A stretch of 61,558 bases of DNA, counting the filler, from Hausera hauseri (lineage: Eukaryota), in the NCBI GenBank assembly GCA_046269625.1. It is 12 parts of 12 records of this genome, joined end to end, with 100 filler letters (N's around TTAATTAATTAA, not from the genome) between each part and the next. Parts side by side here need not be neighbours in the genome. Positions count along the whole stretch, not along the records: positions 44,736 to 50,185 come from JBJURY010253069.1; positions 50,286 to 56,249 come from JBJURY010161865.1; positions 56,350 to 61,558 come from JBJURY010306721.1; 9 more parts are not named here. One strand, given 5' to 3'. The notes under the pieces were generated by a model. That model saw nothing but the letters and a program-made list of their open reading frames with translations. It was not told the DNA's origin and searched no databases. The translations under genes were made by a program, and so were the position numbers. This document shows positions 48,991-61,558 of the stretch, in pieces (position 1 is the first letter of the stretch; every line of letters starts with the position of its first letter).

Positions 48991-50090
48991 GCCGAGAAGG
49001 CGAAGGATCCAACAGTCAGTTCCAATCACGATATGGACGATTTCTTGCAGCAGCACGTCACTGTTCTCAAACCATTATCCAAGAGTTTATATTGACAAAT
49101 CGAAGAAAATTGGAAAACCCAAACCTATGTAGAATTCAATCAAGAGAGTAAAATACCAATCGGACTAAAATGGGGCTTAGAAGAATATCGATTGGTCCGA
49201 TTATACGCCATGAGAAGTCTCAAGGATGCGCTAGCATATCTTTTGAGAGAGCTGATCCCATATAAGCCGACACATCAGCAATTGTACATACATGTCGCGG
49301 ATGGAGAAATTCAGTACAGGATCGTAGGACAATCCTGGAGTACACAAAAAGAACAACAATGGAAGTTTAGTACTTATGATCTATGTTGCTATAGCCTCAT
49401 GAATTATGCTCTGAAATTTACAATTGCAGACCTTCAGACCAAAATCATGATCGAGATGACGTGGCGAACAGAGGTAATGAAGCCGCTACCACCGTTATTA
49501 TATATACAGAAACCATCGGAAGATGAAATAGAGCAAAACGGGGAATCTTACAGATTAATCCAGGATGGCCAAAATACTCGGATATTGGCCGTAAACTTTG
49601 GAGAAAAGGATGACGGATGGTATGTTTCGATCGAGGTCTCTATAAGAAATACTAATGGAGAAGAAATCGTAAATAAAATAATCGCCCCTCGAGCTAGAGT
49701 AAAGGATGCTTTATCTGACGTTACAGGAATTACGAAAGTGCAGCTCGAAAAAGAAAAGGATTTCTTAGAGATCCAAGAAGACATAAGCCATTGCTTATAT
49801 AGGTATATTGTTACCGGATTCCGAGTGTACGAAGCCTTGGAACGATTAGGAATTAGACAAGAATACATAGTCGGAATTCGAGAATTGAGCCGCAACCCAG
49901 CGGTGGTGAGCAAGTAGAAAATACGCTAATGCAAAAAAGAGGTTGTCTACTTCCCTCCTCAGCCTCCCGCGAATCACAATTCAAAATGATGTTAGAGGCC
50001 ATGAATGGCGAACGGCTTAAATTTCCCAAACTAATGACAGCAAGCCAACGAACTAGATTTATAAAGGACACCTATGACCCTTTACGATGA
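48988..50090 (+). pseudogene. Gypsy accessory ORF with degenerate DEDDh (REX4/ISG20-like) exonuclease domain
   Basis: EVSIRNTNGEEIVNKIIAPRARVKDALSDVTGIT..DFLEIQEDI..IVTG..GIREL, homologous to the C-terminal domain of the 5844-9722 ORF. ATG 48988 is in frame with 49192; internal stops present. Confidence 0.65.
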
Positions 50091-50285
50091 GATCACAAAT
50101 GGAAACCTAGAAGTCCCTTACAGAATGCGATATCTGACAACAACCCCAAGGCACTGATGCAAAAATTCCGAAAAGGGTTTAGTGANNNNNNNNNNNNNNN
50201 NNNNNNNNNNNNNNNNNNNNNNNNNNNNNTTAATTAATTAANNNNNNNNNNNNNNNNNNNNNNNNNNNNNNNNNNNNNNNNNNNN

Positions 50286-52480
50286 TGCAATCTGTGGAAA
50301 ATAATTCTAAGATGCTCATGATGTTGTTTTATGGAGCTGGAAGCGACTAATATGTCATCTATATATGGGTGAGCAAAATCAAGTCCAGAAAGAACGGTGT
50401 CAGTGTGGCACTGAAAAATCTGAGATGCACTACGTAGGCCGAAAGGCATGAAGATGTATTCATAATGACCAAACGGTGTGATGACAGCAGTTTTTGGAAT
50501 GTCATCAGGCACAACTGGGATTTGATGGTAGGCCTTTTTCAGATCAATAGTAGAATAAGTATTAATGTTGCTGAGGCTATGAATAATATCCTTAATGAGT
50601 AGTAGTGGATAGGCATCTGTAATAGTTAAATTATTTAATTGTCGATAGTCGCCACATGGCCTATAGGTCCCATCTTTCTTTACTGCAACATGAAGAGAGG
50701 AGACTCATGGAGAATTTGATCTCGGAACGATGCCAGACCTTTCCAGTTTATTAAACTCCTGCTCCACAGCTTTACGTCTGCGTGGAGGTAAAGGTCTGAC
50801 CTTCTTTTTGATAGGCCTCTGATGCTCCGTTAGTATGTGATGATAAGTTGAGGATGAGAGCTTGAAGTTGATGTCTCTTTTAACTATTCGAAAGCATGAG
50901 GTGGTGAGTCTAAAAATAAGAATGATTGAGGCGTATCATTAGAAAGAACAGCTGCAGTGACTGAAGAGAGGCAACTGGCATAGCTGCTGTCGACACCTAA
51001 TTTGGATTTCTGTTTTAGAATGGATATAGGATTTTCGTTCATAATTGAAGGTGTACCGACTTTATCGGAAGTTTTTTTAATAGATGACGAAACGTTCAGC
51101 ACGTTTTCAGATGAGTGCAATGATTTGCTTGCTAGATTATCTGCGAGACACATGTTTAAAGTTGAAATCGAGTTTCTGCTGAGAACACAGCTATATTTGC
51201 AATTTACCAATAAATCATGTGCGGCAAGAAAATCTGAGCCTATTATGGGAGATTTAATGTTGGCCACGTGGAACTTCCAGACAAACTTATCTGTCAAGTT
51301 TGGAAATGTAAAAGTCAATTCCGTGTTTCCTGCAACGTGCAACGGTTGTCCATTGGCAGTGAAAAGTAGAGGACAGGAAGTTATAATGGATGTAGGGGTG
51401 AAAGACAACGAAAGGAGTGAAAAGGCAGCTCCTGAGTCTACAACGAAGTCAATATGTGAAGTATCGCTGCACAAAAGTGCAGCTTTCAACAGAAAGACTG
51501 AAGAGGCGGTGTTGAAACGGCCAGAAGATTGAGCGATATTGCCTGCGCCAGAATGTGCCGTAACATCTGGCGGCATTATTAGTTTTTTGGAGGATTTGGA
51601 GGAAAGGAAGAAGAGGAAGAAAAGCTAGGAGATTTTGTGTTATAATATCTACAACAAGGCACACATGATCTGGCCTGTGACTGATATTTGTTGTGGTATA
51701 TACAAATAGGGTTATTTACAGTGTATCGCTAACTAAAGAATCGACAGACCAAGAAACATTTCCTTGCTTCCTTTTGAAAACGCATGTGGTAGAAACAAGT
51801 CATGCGTCCGCCAGGTGAAATGGACCGAGAAAAGTGCATTGAAGTGCTTCGCTCCCGTGAACGTCTGGTTTCACTTCGTCGAGGCCCATTAAGATTACTT
51901 AGTTGGCTAGTAATGCCCAAGATCGAATGTTGTAGCATGTCAAACTGTTGCTGCATCATTTGCAATTGTTGAGTAAAGAGTGTTGTATCTGTAGTTGGAG
52001 CACATGTGGTTGCAGCCGCAACAGGGAGAAAACTATTAGTATGAAGAATCTCAAAATATTTGTCAGCCATTATTGCCAGTTTTTCAATTGCAGTGGATTT
52101 GTCAACAACGGTTAACAAGGCTCTGATTGAGGTGGACAAAGACGATAAGAAAAAACGGCGAATTAAATCCGCGTTATTCGTAGAGGTCACTCCTAGCGCA
52201 CTGAGCTGCGAAATGGCTGTTTGGAGAAAGTCAGATGGCTTTTGGTTCCCTATCGTGTGGTCATTAAAATACTTTTGTATTATGTGGTCAATCGAAGAAT
52301 CCGTGATATGCAGTACAGCTTCACAGAGTGTCTCGTAAGGCGTTGATGATTGTAGCAACTCGGAGGTATTGTTAATCTGCTGCTTGACGTTGGCATGCAG
52401 AAGAATTAAAAGGCTATTGGCTCGCATAAAAGGAATCTGTAATAATGTTCGATTTTAGCCACTGTTGGTGGAATTGGAGC
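50286..52480 (-). mobile_element. Second, conventional Gypsy family: gag, protease, RT (decayed)
   Basis: gag GNQKPSDFL and CFYHMRF..ARKC. Protease FVVDSGAAFS..IIGSDFL. RT RPCGDYRQLN, KAYHQIPV, KTAVITPFG..MPFGL, YIDDILVAS. Confidence 0.9.
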
Positions 52481-53283
52481 CATGGTTAACTGGAGTTGTT
52501 TTTATTGAGGAAGAATTCAACACAAAGTACGTTTAATGAACCTCGTGACTGTTGGGAGTGTGGCAAACGATAGATATTGCCCGTATTCGTGGATTTGTCA
52601 ACCGTGCAGGATGGATTTGGATCCGATACACCCCGGAGGCGAAAATGGAGCATAAGGTGGATGACTTGATGTTCGTGGCATACGAACAACAAGAGTGAGT
52701 CGACGGGATGTACCGTGATACCTCGATGTGTGAAATAGAAATTGGCAGTGTCGAGTGAGGAGGATAGAAAGGTGTATAGTAGCTGCGCCGTGGAATTTGG
52801 TGGAGCCTTAATGGTCGTCATATGTTTATTGTTAATGAAGATAAGGAAGGAGTTGCAGCGAAGCAATTCCAGGAGAATGGTAAAATGCAAAAGTAGCTTG
52901 TATGGTTTGTTTCCGTGTTAATAAAAGATATGGGCGTGCAGTCGGGCTAGAGGTGTCAAGTGATGAATGGAGTAAGGAAGTGTGCAAAGATAATAAGCTA
53001 AAGAACCTTTTAAAATGAAATAGAATGGGAGATATGTAGGGTTTGCAAATGCAAAGGACGCGGCCGCACCGGTGGGCATGAATCAGTAAAAAGAACTTCA
53101 CCCACTGTGTTTCAATATCGGAATACTGGGTGTCGAATTTGGCCACATTTGCAGTGTTTTCCCCAGTGGATCATCCTTGTTGATTAAATAAATGCCAGTC
53201 TCGTCGACACCTCTCGAATGTTTGTTACCGACAGACTTAAAGAGGATTTTGTGAAGAATCGTGACGAATTTTGATCCCGTTGA

Positions 53284-53660
53284 CTAATCCTTGCTACTCC
53301 AGACATTGAGAATATTGACAGTGAAGCAATCGCCTGATGCTGCCAAACTTAACGGAGTGTAATCGGATAAATTGCGGTGTTCGATCATGGCGTGCCTGTG
53401 GACGAGTTCTTCAACTTGAACTTCCTTTACACTGAAATATATTTTAGGATAGCTCTGCGATTTGGATTTGTCAAAAATGTGTTGTCGCTTCAAAATTTTT
53501 AATATTGCACTGGTTTTCCGTTCAAACAGCCTCGAATTCAGCACAAATAACTAACAAGAATTTCACATCTTTTAAATATCCGTTCAGGATTGACACATGC
53601 AACGGAGTATAGGGATTTTTGTCCCGATGTTCAAAATTGGCACCACTATGATATGGAATG
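53284..53660 (-). pseudogene. Ankyrin-repeat fragment resembling MASK/ANKHD1/ANKRD17
   Basis: GANFEHRDKNPYTPL..AEFEA and EHRNLSDYTPLSLAASG, the latter nearly identical to the MASK-family repeat EHRNVSDYTPLSLAASGG. Confidence 0.65.
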
Positions 53661-53699
53661 AAACGAAGTTTGTTCATGTAGGTTGTTTGGCTTATTTCA

Positions 53700-55870
53700 A
53701 ATAGATAATCAGCTTCACCCTCTGCAATCTCCTCAATAATTTGTAAGCTCTGGTTTTCATTACTTGGTGCATCACCGAGATATACCAATTTCGATTGCAA
53801 TTTCTTAATGCGTTCACTTTCGAATTTGTCAATGCTTGCTTGAACATCTTCAAATGTGTTATAAATTTTGCATTTTGATCTCAGACTTATGATCAGGTCA
53901 AAATCCTGGCCTTCGATAAGAACAGAAAATAGACCTTTAGATTTTTTAGCATTTACTTCATCTTCTGACTGTGACACAACAAATGTCTCCAAAGATTTTT
54001 TAAACAGACAGTATTGTTGGAAATACAAAAGGTAGATGTAAAGCTTTTTTCCGATACCACCGGTTTTAAAATACTGACTGCAGCTTTCACGTAACGTATA
54101 GATGAGGTTAATTCGAAAATAATTATCTTGAAAATCGAGTTGTAATTCAACAGAATTATCAAGAGAAACTCCAAAAGAAATTAGAGAATAAAGGACATTG
54201 AAAACTACTGCAGCACTGATTAATTTATACACATAGAAGTTCCCAAGACAACGAATAACACTAATTTTGTCTTGACAGATACAACCAATTGCTCGTGGTA
54301 AGATGTCAATATAGCCAGGACACTGGCCAAGTACGAACATTGTTGTATTTAAGTCGCCACACCTCAGTGAATGTACGAATGGCAAATTTCATGAACTGTC
54401 TGTTATCCCATTGGAATTTCCGAACTATCTTGAATATTTTGTCGTTGTTATGCTTGTTCAGATCGACGTTCAATAATTTCCTTAGGAGTTGTTCTTCAGT
54501 TGTCAATTCCTCGACATCGTAAAATTTTCCAGTGCTATCCGGTAGATTGCAGTAGTAATACGCATTCTCGATCATCGTTGGATACTTTGCTTCCAGAACG
54601 CTTTTAGATGCTTTGCGCATCATTATTTTCAGATAGGCACTCATCCGCAAACGACGAGGCTGTGATCGATACAGATCACGACCGGATGTCTCCAACAAGG
54701 TAAAGAGCATGTAGATATTGTGATGTTTGAATTGTTGGAGTAGCAGTTTTATACACCCCATGGCGTCGGTTTTCTTGAACACGTTGGATTTTACGAGTTT
54801 GCCGATAAATCGGACTTTTTTGATTTTCGACTTAAGATTCGGTTGAATTTTCTTGTGAATATGCCACTTCAATTCGCCGAGCAACAGCGACGATACCTCC
54901 GTACCGATGTCATTCGTCATGTGACTGATATTCGCTACGAGACGTGCGTAGAACGGCAGTAGGTCGTATCGATTACGGGACACTGAAAACAGTTCCTTTT
55001 CCAATTTCTGTTGATTGGATTTAGTGTTGTACTGTTCACAGAAGTCCTGTGATGCCTTGTCGATCAAATCCCGATTGATGCAATTCGTCAAGGAATTCAT
55101 GAAATTGTCAAATGGCATTTTAACGTTCTTCTGACCAGTCTTGTCGTCTTTAACTTCTTCTTCGACGATCGGCTTCTCCGGCTCCTCGAATGTTGCCGTG
55201 TCGCTTAACTCTTGATCAGGCTCCGCTTCCAGTTCTTTTTCCACACTATCAATGTCCAATTCTTTTTACAAATATAAAATAGTCTGGCTATTTCACAACA
55301 TACCACTTTCGATTTCCTGTTCTTCTTCCTCATTGTCTACTTGCTGTTCGATATCTTTGTAGCAGATCTGAATGAAGTTTACTCAGTGTTAAAATTCCTC
55401 AGCACAAACCCCCGGTAAAATGGCCTTCAGGTCACACAGATCCTGATAGAACGAACGTGTGTCGTCATCTTCAAATAGTGCATTTGGATCGTCTTCTTCC
55501 GTCTACACATCGTTAGAGATGCATTAACAAGTATTGTCAACAAACTTCATCACAACCGATACCACCCGGATGTTCACCGTCTATTTAAATTTATTGATAA
55601 ACCATTAAACCATTGAATGGTATTTACCTTTGCTCTCCAAATCTTTGAAGTCAGGAAACGGCTTGTTCAATAAATCTGACAATTGTAAACAGTGTTGATT
55701 TAGTTTTTCAAATTTTTCCTTAAAGTCAGCCAATCGATCTTCTCGATCTTTAGAAACTTCGCCTTTTGATGCAAGAATCCGATTGTTTGTATCTCTCGTA
55801 TGTATCATGGATTTATGATATTCTTTTTTATTTGCATATTCAGCAAAATTGACACTTTTTTCATACAGAT
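53700..55870 (-). pseudogene. UPF2: Decayed partial UPF2 (NMD factor, MIF4G domains 2-3) with a 47-nt GT-AG intron at 55581-55627
   Basis: RILASKGEVSKDR, FEDDDTRSFY, NCINRDLID, RYDLLPFYARLVA, VRFIGKLVK, FKHHNI, IENAYYYCN, VFNVLYSLISFG, YFQQY..KK. Frameshifts and stops present. Confidence 0.85.
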
Positions 55871-56671
55871 CAATGTCTTCAAATTGTTCTACAGCTATTT
55901 CATCTACAAGAGGTTCATCGGCTATTTTGTCAGTAGTATCAATAAATTGTTCATCCGCAACATCAACTATTTTGCCACTGTTAAGTTGTTCAGCAACTGT
56001 GTCATTTGGGTCAACAATTACTACTTTGCCATTGTTGTCAACATCTATTCGAATACAGCACGATTTGTATTCCATTGTAAAAATAAACTGTTTCCAACTA
56101 TCCAGTGTATTTATACTAAATTTTACTCTAACAAATCAGTCTGATTGGTTGGAAGTTTATATAAATAGTGAATATGACTGAAATTTTAAAATGTTAGTAA
56201 TAATTATAAATCACACAGATGCAAAATATGTTCAATATATTGATTTTAANNNNNNNNNNNNNNNNNNNNNNNNNNNNNNNNNNNNNNNNNNNNTTAATTA
56301 ATTAANNNNNNNNNNNNNNNNNNNNNNNNNNNNNNNNNNNNNNNNNNNNCATAATTTGTACGTTGTAATGCGTCTAGTCTTTCTCGCAAATCAGTTTTTG
56401 AATCATTTATGGGATTTGTCCGTGTATTGGTTTGGAAATTCTGTTCCAAGTAATAAGCAGCGGGTGGTTTCATTTCAACTACTCGATTATTTTTACCACG
56501 TGAAAAGTATTTTAACTGCGATTCCTCTGCTCGGTATACTGAGCATGTCGTTTTTCCATTAATTAACGTCCATTGTTCCAAACAATATCGACTATTTGCT
56601 AAGATCACATAACCTTGCCACAAATTGGCTTCACATACGGGGCAAATATTATCGGTATCATTATCTAAATC

Positions 56672-59600
56672 TCAGTCTGTCACACAAGTTATGTCTTGAA
56701 ACAGTAATCCCTTCGGGTTCTTGTATATGTATCCATGTAGTTGTTTTTGATTGGGATCTATTGAACTTTTTCGTGGGTCTCCATTAACAGCTATTAAAGT
56801 CCACTTAATCACGGGTTGAGCATCTAAGTCTGGAATTTTCATTCTCTTATATTGTTTTTTCATTTCTATTTTGGTTTGGTTGTCGGCTGGCACGGTTATT
56901 TTTTTAGTTCCTGTTTTTGACTTGAATACCGGTGTCAAATATCTTCCTAGCTTTGGGTCGATCCGCGCATAGGCATTTTCATGCATTTCCAATACTGGCA
57001 CTGTGTAGATATAAAATACCGCTTCTTTGTTTTTTCCATGACTTACATATTCTGCCATTATTAGGATGCTAGGTTGTTCTTCTGTGTCCTTGTGGTCTTA
57101 TGTGGTTATTATATCCTTGTCTTGTCTCCTTTTCAAAACATTCACTTCCGTAAGGATTTGTTCAACATGGGTTGATCCTTTTTCTTTCTTCTTAAGAAAT
57201 CCGAATATTGGTTTCTTTTTCTTTTCTGGAGATGGGTCTCTCAATTTAGGCTTTTGGTTGATGTTCCTTGACAGCTTTCTATTTCCTTTGTTTTTGTAGG
57301 CACCTGGAATCCATAAGTAGGGTTACTGGATTTGTGTTTGGTAGTATCTTCTTGATTTGAAACTGAAACCGTAATCTGCATGTTATTGTCCCTTTCGGAT
57401 TCAATCATTCGCATCGGCGAATACGGATAAAATTGCTTCCGGTGGAGGGAATTCAATTCTGTCGGGTTTGTACTGCTTTGAAGGTTATTTTTGGGGTTTA
57501 GGGCTAACCATTCCTGTTCCCATTTGATCGTGGCGTAAATATTGCGCAAGTATTGCGTTCTTTTGGTAGCAAATAGCTGTCGATTGATTCTGTATTGGGT
57601 TCCGATCATGATTTCTATTATCGCCTTGAAGTGCGTTTCCATGGTCATGGGAACGAACCGGTTTACATTATCCATCTTCTCTCTAATCTTAGGATGAGCC
57701 CAGAATTCTCGTATTCCCGCTATATTTTTGAGCTTTATTTAATTTACATTTTAGTAGATTCCGTAATTTGTACGGCCGAGCATCTTCATTGTTTCGCATG
57801 GCATACAACAGTATTATTCGATTTTCTTCTATGATTCCCTTTAAACTGTTTCGTATCTCATCTACTTTATTGTATTCCGTTGATAATTTGTTCTGTAATT
57901 TTAAGTGTATTTGCCTGTCGATGGCCTTAGAATGTGGAGTTATAACTGTCGCGTTTGTTTGCAAAAATCCATCGATGTCCAAGTAGGTGTTGTTACTGGC
58001 TTCCATAATACTCACCGTTCTGAAATAAAATAAAATAAGGTTAGTCCTAAGACAGATCTTTGTTTAATTAAAAAACAATTTCACTGTCTGATGACAGAAT
58101 AACCTGATCTGTAATTGTCAGGTTATTTTGTCATACAAATCACTTTGGTAAACCACCCTTATTCCTCTATTACGATTTCTGCGCTGCTTTTTGCAATTTT
58201 TGGCAACTATATAAAGGGACGCAATTAATATTAACAAGACAAACGCTGATACTCCGATGGTCGATATAATAGATAGGGTTGTTAATTCAAATGTTTTCTG
58301 TGTTGTCAGATCTGTAGTAATTGTTTTCTATGTCTTGACCTTTTTGTGAATCTGGGTAAATTCTTTCTGCTAAAGTACGTAAAGTGATTGTCTGATTTTG
58401 CTTTCCTGCTGCATTAATTTGTATTATGTATTCTGTCTGAGGTTTTAATGCGTTACATTCTACTTGTCGTGTATTCTGTATAAGTTTTACTTTTTGCCCG
58501 TTATATAAGGTTTGACAGTTTATTTCTACATCGTAGTTTAGTACTACCTCAACAAAGAACACTTCTATCCTGATGGACCGAATATCTGATAGGTATGTCT
58601 TCAATTTTTATTTTAGATATATTATTTATCGTGATAATTCGAGCGGTCGACTTTTTAGTCGAGGTTTTCATTGAAATTTTCCAAATTCTATATTCTGGGT
58701 AGTAGATTCGTAATTGTATGCTTGGTTGATTAGGCCGTATTTCGTATAAGTCAAACGTTATTTTAAATTCTTGGTTTACGGGTATTTTACAACACTGATG
58801 TTGTACACCAGCACGAATGGAACAATATTCTATTTTTGGAGATGGTCCTATTACTGCCTCGAACACGATACTGATTTCCCGATTGACGGTTAGTTCGTCC
58901 GATTATTTACTTGAATACATTGTCTTATTCACAGAGATTTTCTGGATATTTTCTTTTAGCAGTCTTATATCTGGATCAGTGGATCTCAACATTTCGTTCA
59001 GTTTTGCTCCATAATGCCTATTCCAAAGAGGAATAACTAGTTGAATTTGTGGTTTTATTTCATAAATTTTAGATAATTTTGGTAGGTACATTCGATAGGT
59101 CAGATTGTAAGTATGTCCGAAATCTATGTCACAACATTGCGTACGTTCTCGGAACTCAAAGTCACAATTCTTCGTTTCTTTTGTTATTACATCATCTAAA
59201 ACAATTTCGATCCCTCCAGAATTTCGGTGTGGTTTTCGCGTTTTAAATACGACGCATGTGCAGTTAGGTGAGTAATAGTGTATCCTTATTTCTTGTAATT
59301 TTCTTATATCCTCTTGTCCTTCATTTCCTTTGACTGTTCCATTCTTTTCCGTTTTAACAACCTCCAATCTCGTTTTATTGTTGTACCAGTACCACCATTT
59401 AGCTTGTGTTCTCGAAATATAGGAGGTAATTAGCGATAGTGCTAGAACTATTTGGACGTACGATATTGGTCTATTAATTATGGAAGACGTTTTTGTTTTC
59501 TTTTTATCTTGATGCGAGTTAGATCGCAAATTGTAACATCTTTCAAGCTTTATTTTTGTTTTAACAACTCTCTGAATTGATACTACTTCTTCTCTGCCAT

Positions 59601-61558
59601 TTTTGTTAATGTATACCGTAGTTGGTGTGATTCGGATAACTTCATAATGTCCTCCTCCGGTACGAGTAAGCTTTAATGACGTACCTTTCTTTGCGACTGG
59701 GTAGTGTACATAGACCCAGTTTCCTTTTTCTAAATCATGAAGTTTGGCCTTTCTATCGTATTGTTTCTTAAACTGCTCTTGATACTCAAGAGTGAGCGTC
59801 TTAGCTATATCCCAACATTTTGTAATCTGATTTGTAAAACCCGCGAAATTCGGTTCTAAATCTTCTGGACTTGCGTGATATGGAGTCATCCCTAAGTCCG
59901 TAGGTAAAATTGCTTCGCGTCCATACATCATAAAAATGGTGTAAATCCTGTGGCGGGGTGCGGGGTAGTATTGATAACTAATTGTGTTCCTTCTAAAAAT
60001 TCATCCCATTCTTTTTGATCTTTCGCTATTACGGTTGATAAGACACGTATAACTGTGGCATTCATACGTTCGACCATCCCATTGCACTGAGGGTGATATG
60101 CAGTGGTAGTCAATCGTTTGATTTCGAAAATTTTAGAAATTTTGTCACATAATTCGCTTGTAAAGTTTCTTTCTCTATCGGTTAGTATTTGATCGGGCGA
60201 TCCATATCTGCAAATGATTTTCATTACTACTGCGTCAGCTAGAGTTTCCGCCTTCTGATCAATTAATGCGATTAATTCCACAAAATGTATTAAACGATCT
60301 GCACATGTCAAAATATATTTGTTATTTTTATGAGTTGTAGGTAAGTGTCCTACTATATCCATAGACATAGCGTGCATGGGTCTATCTGGTACGTAAATTG
60401 GTTTTAATTCTGCCATACAGTTTTTCACTTTCTTTGTTTTATTGCGCAGACTTCACAAGCGTCCACCCAATTCTTCACATCGATATAAACGCTTGGCCAG
60501 TAATACTTGTTCAAAATCCTTTCTAATGTTTTTTCCACAATATATGTCCGGCCAAATGTGAATCGTGTTCGGCCATTAGTACTTCTGTCCGTAATCCTTT
60601 TGGGATAACTACCAATTTTCGTCCCTTTCGTTCGTAATATCGAATATTATCTGGATTCGATGCATAATTTTTTTTGTCCGCGTCTCTGTAAGTGTTTCTT
60701 TAGTTGACGTCCTTTTGGCATCTCATCTTGCTTGGCAAATTTGATTATTTGTTGGATAACCTTATCCTTAGCTTATTCTGAAAAAATTTTGATTGTTTTA
60801 TTTGGTGTTAAGGTCTGCTGTCGCTCGACTAATTCTTTGAGCTAAGCCTTCTTCATGGTCGTAATCGTACTTGTTTTTTGTTTTGAGTCTTGATAAAGCG
60901 TCTGCATCTACATGTTTACTTCCGGGTTTATATTGAAATTCGATAGTGTACCGTGAAATTTCCTCAATCCATCGATTCAGTCTACACGTGGGTTATTATC
61001 CCATCCCTTTAACGTGGTAACAGCTTTATGATCGCTAACTATAATAATTGTCTGTCCGTAGGCATAGACATTAAAATGTCTCAAGGCTTCTTTCACGGCT
61101 AATGTCTCTAATTCAGTGACTGAATAGTTTTTCTCAGCTTTCTTAAGCGATCGTCCTCCGTAGGCAATTGAATGTTCTAATTTTTCGTCTTCTAGTTTTT
61201 GAGCTAATTCGTAACCAATTCCTTCCTTACTTGCGCCTGTTTTAATTATAAATGGTAAATTGAAATCCGGGTATCTTAACACTGGTTCACGCCTTAAAAT
61301 TTTCTTCATTTCGTCGAATGCTTTCTGTTTAACATCGGTCCATTTCCATTTGATGCCTTTTTTCAATAGCCGATATAACGGCGCGTTTATTTTCGAATTT
61401 TCTGGTACGTAGGTGGCGTAATATCCGCATAAGCCTAACCAATGTCTTAATTCTTTCTGATTCTGTGGCTCCATACAATCCGATATTTTATTTAATAAAG
61501 ATTTGTCTGGCTTTGATCCTCCTTCTCCAACTATATGTCCAAGATAAGATACGGCATT
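56672..61558 (-). mobile_element. Decayed Gypsy copy: RT end, RNase H, integrase, FN3-like/TM protein and downstream ORF(s) without recognisable exonuclease
   Basis: Same pol family as 44736-47557. ISYVQIVLALSLITS, CDFEFRERTQCCDIDFG, VECNALKPQTEYIIQI, TM at ~58200-58280. Downstream ORFs 57689-58015, 57241-57675 and 56672-57058. Confidence 0.9.
58010..58134 (-). promoter_or_regulatory. Conserved RNA hairpin, branch point and 3' splice-acceptor-like site
   Basis: ATGACAAAATAACCTGA-10nt-TCAGGTTATTCTGTCAT (58134-58091), then GACTAAC CTTATTTTATTTTATTTCAG|AACG GTGAGT ATT ATG. Confidence 0.7.

Noticed and set aside
4029-56349. Apparent gene neighbourhood across the window (folate genes, polB and RT as one system)
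   Set aside because: Contigs are joined by synthetic spacers, so adjacency across them has no meaning. Cross-contig links above rest only on sequence homology.

Overview
This is not one locus. It is 12 unrelated 4-6 kb contigs joined by artificial 100-nt spacers (N44-TTAATTAATTAA-N44), mostly from an AT-rich, repeat-rich eukaryotic (invertebrate-like) genome. It contains a degenerate (TTCG)n satellite, six Ty3/Gypsy fragments, Polinton/Maverick-type protein-primed polB fragments with AGTAG(T) termini, a Tx1/L1-like LINE, two small RING ORFs, an RPA12-like zinc-ribbon ORF, a decayed UPF2 copy abutting a MASK/ANKHD1 ankyrin fragment, and a bacterial folP-folBK segment. The most notable signal is a Gypsy lineage that looks like a complex enveloped retroelement. 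In one contig a chuvirus-like glycoprotein lies UPSTREAM of protease-RT. In four contigs integrase continues into an internal signal sequence and Cys-rich FN3-like domains. Where the copy extends far enough these are followed by a TM helix, a splice-acceptor-like site (with a covarying RNA hairpin in two copies) and a downstream ORF, which in two copies is a catalytically degenerate REX4/ISG20-like exonuclease. Family calls come from motif recognition by eye; no searches were run.
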